64,000 nt of DNA from Parcubacteria group bacterium Athens0714_16 (GCA_007376805.1 VMGX01000001.1:1034-65033); one strand, 5' to 3'; shown: positions 1 through 9,632, counted from the stretch's first letter. The notes: generated from the sequence alone by a model not told the origin. Translations and numbers: made by a program.

Positions 1-298
1 GTAAAAAATCATTCGTCTTAAGTTTTTTTGCGGCGTCAGAAATTGTATTTGTGTTTACAAGTGCTGCTCTAATCGCAGTTAAATCTCCCTCTGGTTTTTC
101 GGGGTATTTATTATATAAAAATCTAGTTACAGCTAGCTCGAGAACGGCATCGCCTAAAAATTCTAATCTTTCATTGTGCCCAGTATTTCCTTTTCTATTT
201 TCGTTTAAATATGAACGATGGGTAAACGCTTGTTTTAGAATATCTTTATTTTTAAATTCTACTTTTATTATTTTCTCAAATTCTGCAAAATCAATCAT
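1..298 (-). CDS. rnc: Ribonuclease III, N-terminal part (3' end cut by window edge)
   Basis: Minus-strand reading from ATG at 296-298 gives MIDFAEFEKIIKVEFKNKDILKQAFTHRSYLNENRKGNTGHNERLEFLGDAVLELAV, which contains the RNase III signature ERLEFLGDA. The + ORF 51..374 in the track is its antisense shadow. Confidence 0.85.
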   Translation of the reverse strand, partial: MIDFAEFEKIIKVEFKNKDILKQAFTHRSYLNENRKGNTGHNERLEFLGDAVLELAVTRFLYNKYPEKPEGDLTAIRAALVNTNTISDAAKKLKTNDFL

Positions 299-306
299 AT
301 TTATGC

Positions 307-1221
307 CTATTTCTTGCCTAATAATATATTTATGGCCTTTGTCACAATTGGAAGAATATCATCATAAAGATTAAGGTCAACTATCTCTTTTAATTTAAAC
401 CATTTTGCATTATCAAGCCCACCGGATTTTCCAAGTTTTAATTCTTTATATTTTGCTTCTCCAAGAAAATACATAACCTGTTTTCTTATCTTTCCTTTTT
501 CTGGATCTGATGCAATATATTCATTGCTTCCTAATTTTTCTTTTATTTTTATATCAACACCTATTTCTTCTTTTATTTCTCTTACAGTCGCTTCTTTTTC
601 ATCTTCTCCTGCCTCTATTCTTCCTTTTGATAATGTCCAATGCCCAAACACATCATGCACAAATGCAAGATATATTTCATTTCCGGCCTGCGCGGGCAAA
701 TCTTTTTTGGCATAAACAACCGAACCACCAAGTTTTTCTATTGGCATTTCTTCATATGGAATATCTTTAATTTTTTTCTTTGTAGTTTCTTCCTTCCCTG
801 GTTCACCCAATTCTTTATATACAGAACCCAAAACTCCATTAACAAATCTACCACTACTTTCACCACCAAATCCTTTTGCAAGTTCTATGGATTCATTTAT
901 AGCAACCTTCGGAGGGACTTCTTTTCTACTAGAAAAAAGAAGTTCATACAAACCAATTCTTAAAATATTTCTATCAATAACCGCTATTTTTTCAATAGGC
1001 CATTCTGGGGCAGCCTTTGTTATGATACCGTCAAGTTTGGGTAAATTTTTAACAACACCTTTTGCAAGGTTTTTTATAAATTCACCATCATCAACACCAG
1101 GAGCAAACTCTTCTATATTTCGATTAATAATTTCATCCAATTCTTTTGTTTTTTTCCCAGAAAAATCCCACTCAAAAAGAGATTGCATTACTATTGACCG
1201 CGAAAGATGTCTGTTTGCCAT
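307..1221 (-). CDS. nusB: NusB antitermination factor fused to a C-terminal Nudix hydrolase domain
   Basis: N-terminal ~150 aa are NusB-like (RSIVMQSLFEWDF, RNILRIGLYELLF, PPKVAINESIELAK). After a Lys/Glu linker there is a Nudix fold with box GRIEAGEDEKEATVREIKEEIGV. Confidence 0.75.
   Translation of the reverse strand: MANRHLSRSIVMQSLFEWDFSGKKTKELDEIINRNIEEFAPGVDDGEFIKNLAKGVVKNLPKLDGIITKAAPEWPIEKIAVIDRNILRIGLYELLFSSRKEVPPKVAINESIELAKGFGGESSGRFVNGVLGSVYKELGEPGKEETTKKKIKDIPYEEMPIEKLGGSVVYAKKDLPAQAGNEIYLAFVHDVFGHWTLSKGRIEAGEDEKEATVREIKEEIGVDIKIKEKLGSNEYIASDPEKGKIRKQVMYFLGEAKYKELKLGKSGGLDNAKWFKLKEIVDLNLYDDILPIVTKAINILLGKK
683..706. repeat. GC-rich hairpin module H3 inside the nusB-Nudix CDS
   Basis: ccggcctgcgcgggcaaatctttt, encodes KKDLPAQAG on the minus strand. 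Confidence 0.8.
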
Positions 1222-1301
1222 AATAGATAAAGAACAAATTAAAAATTCTATTAAATTTTTTTAATAAATAACTTTTTGAAAAAAATTGTAGATCAAAGCT
1301 C

Positions 1302-1559
1302 TTACTCAGAGAGTTTTGATTTATCAGGCTCTTGTCCAAGTGCTTTTCTTTTTGCTTTTGTTCTTTTTGTTTTCTTTGCAATTTTCGATTGCATATCAAC
1401 AACGGTTCTTCCTCTATATTTACCACAGTTTTCACAAGCTCTGTGCATTACATGTAAAGAGCCACATTCTTTGCATTTTGAAAGTTGTGGTGCACTTATT
1501 GCGTGATGAGCTCTTCTATTGCCTGTGTGAGCTCTTGTATGTCTCATTCTTACTGTCAT
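1302..1559 (-). CDS. rpmF: 50S ribosomal protein L32 (with basic C-terminal tail)
   Basis: MTVRMRHTRAHTGNRRAHHAI followed by CKECGSLHVMHRACENCG. This is the typical L32 N-terminus plus Cys4 knuckle. Confidence 0.8.
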   Translation of the reverse strand: MTVRMRHTRAHTGNRRAHHAISAPQLSKCKECGSLHVMHRACENCGKYRGRTVVDMQSKIAKKTKRTKAKRKALGQEPDKSKLSE

Positions 1560-1820
1560 GATTTCATCCTAAAACCCAAAAAGGTTCGGACAAGCAACAG
1601 TATATAATATTCGTTTAAAAATATCAAATTGACTACCACACCACAGCCCCACTTTCTTATAACAAACCATAAATCTTAATTTTAAATTTTGTAACTCTTT
1701 TTCAGTTTTATGATACTTTGTCTTTTCTAGAAAAGTGGAGCTGGATCCTCAAAAAATATAGTCGCTCCGCTCCTTATTTTTTGGGAAATAAAAAAGACCC
1801 GAGATTAATCGGGCCTCCTA

Positions 1821-2405
1821 CTAAGTGTGGGAAAGTATTTTGCCAAGTCGGTTTTTTTGATAATCCGACTTTAATTTTTTTAATCTGGTTAAAAGACCAG
1901 ACATATGCGCTATCTGACAAAACAGCTTATCGTTGATTGAAAGTTCTTCAATCAATCTAATGAAAGCCACTTTGTGTTGACCATAGAGATTTGGTAAAAC
2001 CTCTATCGCCAACTCCCATCTTGGAAGTTCGGTGTCAACGTCAATTTTGGTTGGAGAACCAATTTCTTGGTCTTCTTCAACTAAAAAGAAAAACTGGATA
2101 TGCCCATCTTTTAAAATCTTATGATGAACATATCTTGCTTTTTTTACACGTCGTCCTGTTTCTTCCATCCATTCGTGTTCAAGTGTTTCAAAAGGCGTTT
2201 CTCCTACTTCAAAAGGAGTACCACCGTTTTCACTTTTCCCACCAGGAAATTTTGTTTGACTAAACCAGTTTTTGCCCAATACGGACACAACGAGAACAAA
2301 AATATGGCCGTTTTCAATTTTAAATTTTATTCCGGCCGAGAATGATTCTTTTTTGGCAAATTTCTTTGTCAAAAGTTCACCAATATTTAGTTGATTTAAC
2401 TCCAT
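1821..2405 (-). CDS. Nudix-family hydrolase (divergent)
   Basis: GGKSENGGTPFEVGETPFETLEHEWMEETG resembles an extended Nudix box (GX5EX7REXXEEXG). Confidence 0.5.
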   Translation of the reverse strand: MELNQLNIGELLTKKFAKKESFSAGIKFKIENGHIFVLVVSVLGKNWFSQTKFPGGKSENGGTPFEVGETPFETLEHEWMEETGRRVKKARYVHHKILKDGHIQFFFLVEEDQEIGSPTKIDVDTELPRWELAIEVLPNLYGQHKVAFIRLIEELSINDKLFCQIAHMSGLLTRLKKLKSDYQKNRLGKILSHT

Positions 2406-2480
2406 TATTTAAAGAACTCCATTTATTTTATCTAAGTACAGAATACCATATAATAAATAAAAAGTAAAGGGGGTCAAAAA

Positions 2481-3153
2481 TTACTTAATTTTGAAGTTTT
2501 TTAGGTATGTTTTTCTGTGTATTTTAGAAATTCCATATTTTTTTATATTTTTAATATGCAAAGCAGTCCCGTATCCCTTATGTTTGTGAAATTCATATTT
2601 TGGATATTTTTTTGATAAATCGCACATAACTTTGTCACGAGAGACTTTTGCAACAATTGATGCCAGAGCAATTACCTTTTCTTTCTCGTCACCTTTTATT
2701 ATTGTTTTTTGATTTAAAAATTTTTCAGGAGCTTTTATTCCTCCGTCTAACAAAACTCTGCATGTTTTAGGGTTGATATTTTCCAAACATTTATTAATTG
2801 CCTTTTGAATTGATTTTGAAATTCCTATTTTATCTATTTCTGAATTACTTACGTAAGCAATTTTATAATCAACAATCCCTTTCTTTTTCAGTTCTTTAAT
2901 TTTCTCAAACCACTCCTCTCTTTTTCCTGACGATAATTGTTTTGAATCCTTAACTCCACTAAAAACAGACATTTTAAAATTTTTTGCATTTATCTGCGCC
3001 TGCCCCGTAGCCAGAGCGTAACTCTGTCATCTGCGTTAATCTGCGATTTATTGGAACAATAAATGCACAAACACAAACAGGTCCAGCCAACGGTCCTCTC
3101 CCAACTTCATCAATTCCAATTAGATATTTTATTTTTCTAGAATTTGTGATCAT
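2481..3153 (-). pseudogene. rnhB: Ribonuclease HII split into two frames by a GC-rich repeat insertion and frameshift
   Basis: The N-terminal fragment from ATG 3151-3153 reads MITNSRKIKYLIGIDEVGRGPLAGPVCVCAFIV (catalytic DEVGRG) and then runs through the CGCAGAT-repeat insert to TAA at 2974-2976. The C-terminal ORF 2481..2972 (GVKDSKQLS...HKHKGYGT) is in the +1 frame. The break lies next to an A6/T4 homopolymer. Confidence 0.7.
2992..3047. repeat. CGCAGAT-repeat-containing GC-rich insert inside rnhB
   Basis: atctgcg occurs three times (2992, 3029, 3040) around gcctgccccgtagccagagcg. Confidence 0.75.
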
Positions 3154-3227
3154 ACTTAAATTATAAAGTTTTGAACCAGAAACTCAAAATTAAAAAAAAC
3201 TAACCAACTAAACTAAATATAAATCTC

Positions 3228-3265
3228 GGACCACCTATCTCTGCGATAGCAGAGATAGGTGGTCC
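3228..3265. repeat. Hairpin family H1 (stem N10 + tctctgc gatagc agaga)
   Basis: ggaccacctatctctgcgatagcagagataggtggtcc. Confidence 0.8.
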
Positions 3266-3288
3266 GTATAAAATATTTAAATATCATT

Positions 3289-3314
3289 AAAAAAGCACCA
3301 CATTCGTGGTGCCT
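3289..3314 (-). terminator. Terminator of 3322..3612
   Basis: gcaccac attc gtggtgc, with an A-run on the plus strand (U-run on the minus strand). Confidence 0.65.
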
Positions 3315-3321
3315 TAAAAAA

Positions 3322-3612
3322 TCAAAAAAGGAACTTTTTTCTTTTTACGAAAATAAACACGGAAGAAATAAAAAATAAAATTATACCAGACCATGTCAGA
3401 ATTATTCTGACATTTACAGGTAAATAAAGATTATCTTCTGGATCTTCATAAAAAAATAAGACCAAACAAATTCCAACAAATCCAACAATAACAACAGAAA
3501 GCATTATCCCAAACGTAACGGCAAAAAAGAGAGCCATTGGCTTGTTGTAGATTTCTGAATTGCCATTTTTTGCCAATTTAAAAATTGGCCCTGGCATTGG
3601 ATTAAAAATCAT
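3322..3612 (-). CDS. Small membrane protein, unknown function
   Basis: 96-aa ORF with two long hydrophobic segments, followed by a hairpin terminator. Confidence 0.4.
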   Translation of the reverse strand: MIFNPMPGPIFKLAKNGNSEIYNKPMALFFAVTFGIMLSVVIVGFVGICLVLFFYEDPEDNLYLPVNVRIILTWSGIILFFISSVFIFVKRKKFLF

Positions 3613-3770
3613 AAGACCTCCAAACTTTTTATAGAACTATTTAACTAAATTATACATATATTAAATATCTTGTCAATCTTTTGTGTTTTTAAATTTTGAC
3701 ATTTTTAACTGTTATTTTCCATTTTGATTTTTTCATTTTGAATTTTATTCGTCATGTTATACTATTAATA

Positions 3771-6700
3771 ATGAATCCCAAATTTACACATCTCCACACT
3801 CACTCTCATTACAGCTTGCTTAATGCATTACCAAAAATACCGGAACTTGTTTCTGCTACAAAAGAAAAAAATATGAGCGCCGTTGCTCTTACTGATAACG
3901 GAAATCTTTATGGTGCAATTGAATTTTATAAAGAATGTAAAAAAGAAAACATAAAACCAATTATAGGTGTTGATTTTTATGTTGCACTTCGCACACGGCA
4001 CGATAGACAACCAGGGATTGATAGTAAAAGATACAGATTGGTGTTGTTAGCAAAAAATCATGATGGATATAAAAATTTAATAAAATTAGTAAGTGATTCA
4101 CATCTTACTGGTTTCTATTACAAACCAAGAATAGACAAAGAACTAATGAAAAAATATTCTGAAGGACTTATTGCAATAATTCCATCTTTTAGTGGAGAAA
4201 TAATAGAAAAAGTAAAAAACAGTGATTTTGAAACAGCAAAGAAAATTTTAAATGAGTATGAAGAAATTTATGGAAAAGAAAATTTGTTTGTAGAAATTAC
4301 ACATCACCCAGAAATTGACGGACATAATTTTATAACGAAAAAAACAATTGAATTTGCAAAAGACCTGTCCGCCTCTGGCGGAAGTGGAGCAAATTTAGTG
4401 GCATCACATGATGTTTATTATATACACCCAGAAGATAGAGAGGCACGAAATACACTTTTATCTATACAAACAAATCTTGACTTTGGCTCCAATAAACGAC
4501 TAACAAGCGAAGATGAGGACTTTTCTTTTATAGGACAAGAACAGGCAGAAAAATATTTTGCTGAAATTCCCGAAGCACTTGAAAACACACAAAAAATTTC
4601 TAACATGTGTAATTTAGAAATTAGTCTTGGTGGCTGGATCTTCCCTGAGGCAAAATCTACCAACGGATTAAACCATGATGACGAATTGTATAAATTAATA
4701 TACGACGGTTTAATTGAAAGAAAATTGGAAAAAACAGAAGAAGTTTTAAAAAGAATTGAATACGAGTATGGAATAATAAAAAAGAAAGGATATTGTCCAT
4801 ACTTTTTGGTTGTTAGTGATTTATTAAAATTCGCATTAAAAAATAACATCTTTACAAACACCAGGGGTTCTGCTGCTGGCTCACTTGTTTCTTATTTAAT
4901 TGGAATAACAAATATAAATCCTCTTGAATATCAAATTCCATTTGAAAGATTTTTAAATCCCGATAGGCCTTCGCTCCCCGATATAGATATTGATATGGCA
5001 GATAACAGGCGAGATGAAATGGTTCAATATGCAAAAGAAAAATATGGAGAAGACAGAGTCGCACAAATTGGGACATTCGGAACAATGGCAGCACGAGGAG
5101 CAATTCGTGACACAGCACGAGCATTAGGTTATCAATATGAAATCGGAGATAAAATATCAAAACAGATTCCTCTTGGGAAACAAGGTTTCCCAATGACAAT
5201 AGATAGAGCACTGGATGAAAATTCTGATTTGAAAAAAATGTACGCGACAGATAAAGACGTTAAAAAAATTGTAGATATGGCAAGAAAAATTGAAGGATGT
5301 GCAAGACACATTTCCGTTCATGCAGCAGGTATCGTTATCTCTCCAATTCCAGTAACAGAGTTCACACCAATTCAATTTGATCCGAAGGGTGGAAAATTAA
5401 TAACACAATATGATATGTATTCTATAGACCCCGACTATGGTGGTGTAGGACTTTTAAAATTTGATTTTCTTGGTTTAAAAAATCTCTCAATACTCGCAAG
5501 CTCAGTTGATTTAGTAAAAAAAATAAAAGGTGTGGATATTGATATACAAAATATTCAAATTGATGACAAAAAAACATTTGAGATGTTGGCTCGTGGAGAA
5601 ACTATGGGCGTATTTCAAATGGGTAGTGATGGGATGACAAAATATTTAAAAGATTTAAGACCGACCGAAATAAGAGATATAAACGCAATGATTGCTCTTT
5701 ATCGTCCCGGCCCGATGGCTTTTATTCCTGAATATATTAAAAGAAAAAGAAATCCTAAACTTGTAAAATATATTGACGAGAGATTAAGAAAAATTCTTGA
5801 AAAAACTTATGGGATTTTGATTTACCAGGACGATATTCTACTTATAGTCACAGAGCTTGCTGGCTATTCTTGGGCAGAGGCAGATAAATTTAGAAAAGCT
5901 GTTGGGAAAAAAATTCCACAAGAGATGCAAGCGCAAAAAGAAAAGTTCACCAGTGGTTGTATCAAAAACGGGATGAAACCAGATGTTGCAAAACAACTTT
6001 GGGAAATGATTGAAACATTCGCGGCATATGGTTTTAATAAGGCCCATTCTGTAAGTTACGGCAGAGTTACATATCAAACTGCTTACATGAAAGCTAATTT
6101 CCCTGTTATTTATATGTCCGCACTTCTAACCGCAGATGCAGGAGATGTTGAAAAAATTTCCGAAACAATTAACGAATGTAAAAGAATGGGGATTGAAGTT
6201 TTGCCCCCAAACATAAATGAAAGTTTTGGTAATTTTACTGTTATAGAAGAAGACGGAAAAGACAAAATTCGTTTTGGACTTTACAGTATCAAAAACTTTG
6301 GGGAAGGTATCGCTGATAAAATTATTACTACAAGAAAAGAGAGCGGTAGATTTAACTCGCTGGAAGATTTTTTAAATAAAGTAAAAGATAAAAATGTAAA
6401 TAAAAAATCTTTAGAAGCACTCATAAAATGTGGTGCCATGGATGAACTTGGTGAACGAGGACAAATGTTTGAAAATGTAGAAGATTTATTGTTGTATCAT
6501 CGCGAAGGGAAAAAAACAGACGAATCACAGGAGTCGTTGTTTGGTTTGATGGCAGATAGTTCAACAATACCAAAACTAAAACTCAATGAATCAATGCCCG
6601 CAACACAAACTGATAAGCTAACATGGGAAAAGGAACTGCTTGGTTTATACATTTCCGGACACCCACTTGATAAATTCAAAAACCAGCTCGAAAAAAGACA

Positions 6701-6998
6701 ATATTCCATAAAAAGAGTTCTAGATGGTCTGGAAGATGGTATGCAAGTAGCCGTTGCGGGTATAATAAATGAAGTTAAATACATAAACACGAAAAGCGCC
6801 GAAAAAATGGCTTTTGTTAATTTTTCAGATTTTACGGGAACTATTGAGATTGTTGTATTCCCAAAAATATTTGAAAAATATAAAGAATTTTTAGAACCTA
6901 ATTTATGTGTAGTAATAAAAGGACGAATTTCTTACAGAAATGATTCAATAAGTTTGCTCGCGGAAGCTGTAAAAAAATTAGAGGAAGAAAAAAAATAA
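3771..6998 (+). CDS. dnaE: DNA polymerase III alpha subunit
   Basis: PHP motif FTHLHTHSHYSLL directly after ATG 3771. Conserved GSAAGSLVSY, PDIDID, YRPGPM and HSVSYG motifs are present. The track start at 3696 is an unlikely hydrophobic extension. Confidence 0.95.
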   Translation: MNPKFTHLHTHSHYSLLNALPKIPELVSATKEKNMSAVALTDNGNLYGAIEFYKECKKENIKPIIGVDFYVALRTRHDRQPGIDSKRYRLVLLAKNHDGYKNLIKLVSDSHLTGFYYKPRIDKELMKKYSEGLIAIIPSFSGEIIEKVKNSDFETAKKILNEYEEIYGKENLFVEITHHPEIDGHNFITKKTIEFAKDLSASGGSGANLVASHDVYYIHPEDREARNTLLSIQTNLDFGSNKRLTSEDEDFSFIGQEQAEKYFAEIPEALENTQKISNMCNLEISLGGWIFPEAKSTNGLNHDDELYKLIYDGLIERKLEKTEEVLKRIEYEYGIIKKKGYCPYFLVVSDLLKFALKNNIFTNTRGSAAGSLVSYLIGITNINPLEYQIPFERFLNPDRPSLPDIDIDMADNRRDEMVQYAKEKYGEDRVAQIGTFGTMAARGAIRDTARALGYQYEIGDKISKQIPLGKQGFPMTIDRALDENSDLKKMYATDKDVKKIVDMARKIEGCARHISVHAAGIVISPIPVTEFTPIQFDPKGGKLITQYDMYSIDPDYGGVGLLKFDFLGLKNLSILASSVDLVKKIKGVDIDIQNIQIDDKKTFEMLARGETMGVFQMGSDGMTKYLKDLRPTEIRDINAMIALYRPGPMAFIPEYIKRKRNPKLVKYIDERLRKILEKTYGILIYQDDILLIVTELAGYSWAEADKFRKAVGKKIPQEMQAQKEKFTSGCIKNGMKPDVAKQLWEMIETFAAYGFNKAHSVSYGRVTYQTAYMKANFPVIYMSALLTADAGDVEKISETINECKRMGIEVLPPNINESFGNFTVIEEDGKDKIRFGLYSIKNFGEGIADKIITTRKESGRFNSLEDFLNKVKDKNVNKKSLEALIKCGAMDELGERGQMFENVEDLLLYHREGKKTDESQESLFGLMADSSTIPKLKLNESMPATQTDKLTWEKELLGLYISGHPLDKFKNQLEKRQYSIKRVLDGLEDGMQVAVAGIINEVKYINTKSAEKMAFVNFSDFTGTIEIVVFPKIFEKYKEFLEPNLCVVIKGRISYRNDSISLLAEAVKKLEEEKK
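4368..4382. repeat. GC-rich hairpin H4 inside the dnaE CDS
   Basis: tccgcctctggcgga, encodes part of SASGGSG. Confidence 0.75.
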
Positions 6999-7073
6999 TC
7001 TCCCAACTTGGACACCGAGTGTCCAAGTGACCACAAATTTATTTACTTGCTGGAATAATAAAAGAAATGGAAT

Positions 7074-7104
7074 AAAAAAAGACGACCAAGCGATCGTCTT
7101 TTAT
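7074..7104. terminator. Bidirectional terminator between dnaE and 7113..7739
   Basis: aaaaaaagacga ccaagcga tcgtcttttatttt. Confidence 0.65.
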
Positions 7105-7112
7105 TTTCTAAT

Positions 7113-7739
7113 TTAATGAAAAAAATATGGACGCTTATTCTCAATAAAGCGAGAAAATAAAAAGAAATTTTCTGTTTCTAAAATTTCTCTTGAAATTTCT
7201 ACTGCATCGTCATGTGAAATATGACTCTGCAAAATTGCTAAAGCGAGCATAAGAATACTATCACCCCTATCTCTTTCTGGTAAACCAGAAAAAGAGTATC
7301 TCCGCATGGCTGGTCTTGCAAAAATTGCGCCACCAAATTCATTTTTTTCTTCCCTTTGTGACTCAAAACTAGTTACGTGGCCCTCCGGTAGATGAACAAA
7401 TAACCGTTCTCCTTTTTCTCGAGAATAAAATATGTATTTATTCTCTTTTTCGGGTCGAATAATACCAATTTCTGCCCAAAGTTGGACATCATACTGTTTT
7501 TCACCAAATATACATAGATACCCACCAGCCCTGTTTTCCCAATCTTTTTTTATCTCGTCTGAGAAATTACCATTTTGGAAAAAAAGAACCAATTCTTTCA
7601 AAAGAAAGTACGCCCTTTCTAAAATGAATGTTTCTTCATGTTTTGAATATAATGATTTGATTATCATTTTTATAACTCCCAATTTATTTGTGAAAGAAAT
7701 ATCTGTTTTATATATACACTTTAAAATAAGCCCCGTCAA
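7113..7739 (-). CDS. Hypothetical protein
   Basis: 208-aa ORF with no recognisable motif. Start codon uncertain. Confidence 0.35.
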   Translation of the reverse strand: MTGLILKCIYKTDISFTNKLGVIKMIIKSLYSKHEETFILERAYFLLKELVLFFQNGNFSDEIKKDWENRAGGYLCIFGEKQYDVQLWAEIGIIRPEKENKYIFYSREKGERLFVHLPEGHVTSFESQREEKNEFGGAIFARPAMRRYSFSGLPERDRGDSILMLALAILQSHISHDDAVEISREILETENFFLFSRFIENKRPYFFH

Positions 7740-7786
7740 TCCAGCACTTATTTTATATATTTAAAAAAAATGTTAATATAATTCTT

Positions 7787-9580
7787 ATGGAAAAAGACCA
7801 GAAAATACAAAATATAAGACATTCGCTTTCGCATTTACTCGCGTCAGCTGTTTTAAGCTTATATCCAGATACAAAAATGACAATCGGTCCAGCTATTGAA
7901 AACGGATTCTATTATGATTTTGATTTTACAACACCGATTTCAGACAAAGATTTGCCAAAGATAGAAAAGAAGACGAAAGAAATATTAAAAAAATGGGATA
8001 AATTTGAAAAAATTGATGTTTCAGAAAAAGAAGCAAAAGAAAAATTTAAAGATAATCCATACAAATTAGAACTTATAGAAGACCTAATAAAAGATGGACA
8101 AAAAATAACATTTTATAAATCAGGTGATTTTGTTGACCTATGTGGTGGTGGTCACGCAGAAAGTGCAAAAGATATAAAACCCGATTCTTTTAAATTAAAT
8201 AAAACTGCTGGTGCATATTGGAGAGGAAGTGAAAAAAATAAAATGCTCACTCGTATATATGGTCTTGCCTTTGAAACAAAAAAAGAACTTGATGAATATA
8301 TACAAATGCAAGAAGAGGCAAAAAAAAGAGACCACAGAAAATTAGGAAAAGAATTAGATTTGTTCCACATGGACGATATGGTTGGTTTGGGGCTTCCTCT
8401 TTGGCATCCTAAGGGTGCATTGTTATGGAGAGTTATTGAAGAATTTTGGTATAAAGAACATTTAAAAAATGGGTATGATTTAGTAAGAAGTCCACATATC
8501 GGAAATAGAACTCTTTGGGAAACATCTGGCCATTGGGGTTTTTATAATAAATCAATGTATCCACCACTTGAAGTTGGACAAACTTTGGAAGAAAGACAAC
8601 AAAATAAAAAAACCGAAGTTTCTGAAGAATATCTTTTGAAACCGATGAATTGTCCATTTCATATAGAAATTTACAAAAATAATCCAAAATCTTATAGGAA
8701 TTTACCATTGCGTTGGGCAGAGTGTGGAACCGTTTATAGATTTGAAAAAAGAGGAGAGCTTTCTGGATTAACAAGAGTCCGTGGTTTTACACAAGATGAT
8801 GCACACATAATATGCAGAAAGGACCAGGTAGAAGAAGAACTAAAAAGAGTCATTGATTTTATTTTGTTTATATACAAATCATTCGGTTTTGATATTGAAA
8901 AAGTAAAAGTGTATCTTTCGTTGAGAGACCCAAAAAATAAGGACAAATATGCCGGTGGAGATGCTGGTTGGGAGTTTACCGAGACTATGTTAAGGAAAGT
9001 TGCAATAGATAAAAAATTAAATTTTAAAGAGGAATTAGGTGAAGCTGCTTTTTATGGACCAAAACTTGATTTTAAAATTGAAGATGCTCTTGGACGGGAA
9101 TGGCAATGTTCAACACTACAATTTGATTTTAACTTAACAGAGAGATTTGATTTAACATTTGTAAACGCAAAAGGTGAACCGGAAAGACCTTATATGCTCC
9201 ATAGAGCATTGTTTGGAAGTTTTGAAAGGTTTATAGGTCTTTTGATAGAACATTACGCTGGAGCGTTTCCTGTGTGGCTATCACCTGTTCAGATTGTAGT
9301 TCTTCCTATTTCTGAAAAACATTTAGAATATGCAAAAAATATATTTGAAAAACTAAAAGAAAATGAATTGAGAGCTGAATTAGATGATTCAAATGAGACA
9401 CTTGGCAAAAAAATAAGAAATTCAAAATTACAGAAAAATCCTTATATGATTATTGTTGGCGATAATGAAGTAGAAAATAAATCTGTAACTCTTGAATCAC
9501 GAGACGGAACAGGTATGAAAGATATAAAATTAGAAGAAGCAATTGAAAAACTAAAAAAAGAAATTACCGAAAAAAAATGA
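7787..9580 (+). CDS. thrS: Threonyl-tRNA synthetase (lacks N-terminal TGS domain)
   Basis: SHLLA, CGGGH, class II motifs (FRNE-like YRFEKRGELSGLTRVRGFTQDDAHI), and a C-terminal anticodon-binding domain. Confidence 0.95.
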   Translation: MEKDQKIQNIRHSLSHLLASAVLSLYPDTKMTIGPAIENGFYYDFDFTTPISDKDLPKIEKKTKEILKKWDKFEKIDVSEKEAKEKFKDNPYKLELIEDLIKDGQKITFYKSGDFVDLCGGGHAESAKDIKPDSFKLNKTAGAYWRGSEKNKMLTRIYGLAFETKKELDEYIQMQEEAKKRDHRKLGKELDLFHMDDMVGLGLPLWHPKGALLWRVIEEFWYKEHLKNGYDLVRSPHIGNRTLWETSGHWGFYNKSMYPPLEVGQTLEERQQNKKTEVSEEYLLKPMNCPFHIEIYKNNPKSYRNLPLRWAECGTVYRFEKRGELSGLTRVRGFTQDDAHIICRKDQVEEELKRVIDFILFIYKSFGFDIEKVKVYLSLRDPKNKDKYAGGDAGWEFTETMLRKVAIDKKLNFKEELGEAAFYGPKLDFKIEDALGREWQCSTLQFDFNLTERFDLTFVNAKGEPERPYMLHRALFGSFERFIGLLIEHYAGAFPVWLSPVQIVVLPISEKHLEYAKNIFEKLKENELRAELDDSNETLGKKIRNSKLQKNPYMIIVGDNEVENKSVTLESRDGTGMKDIKLEEAIEKLKKEITEKK

Positions 9581-9598
9581 GGCCATGTTATTAAAAAT

Positions 9599-9632
9599 AA
9601 AAGCGAAGTTGTTAAACAACTTCGCTTTTTTA
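9599..9632 (+). terminator. thrS terminator
   Basis: agcgaagttg ttaaa caacttcgct followed by tttttt. Confidence 0.75.

Noticed and set aside
51-374. Plus-strand ORF of 107 aa at the left edge
   Set aside because: The opposite strand encodes a clear RNase III N-terminus (ERLEFLGDA). The plus ORF is low-complexity antisense.
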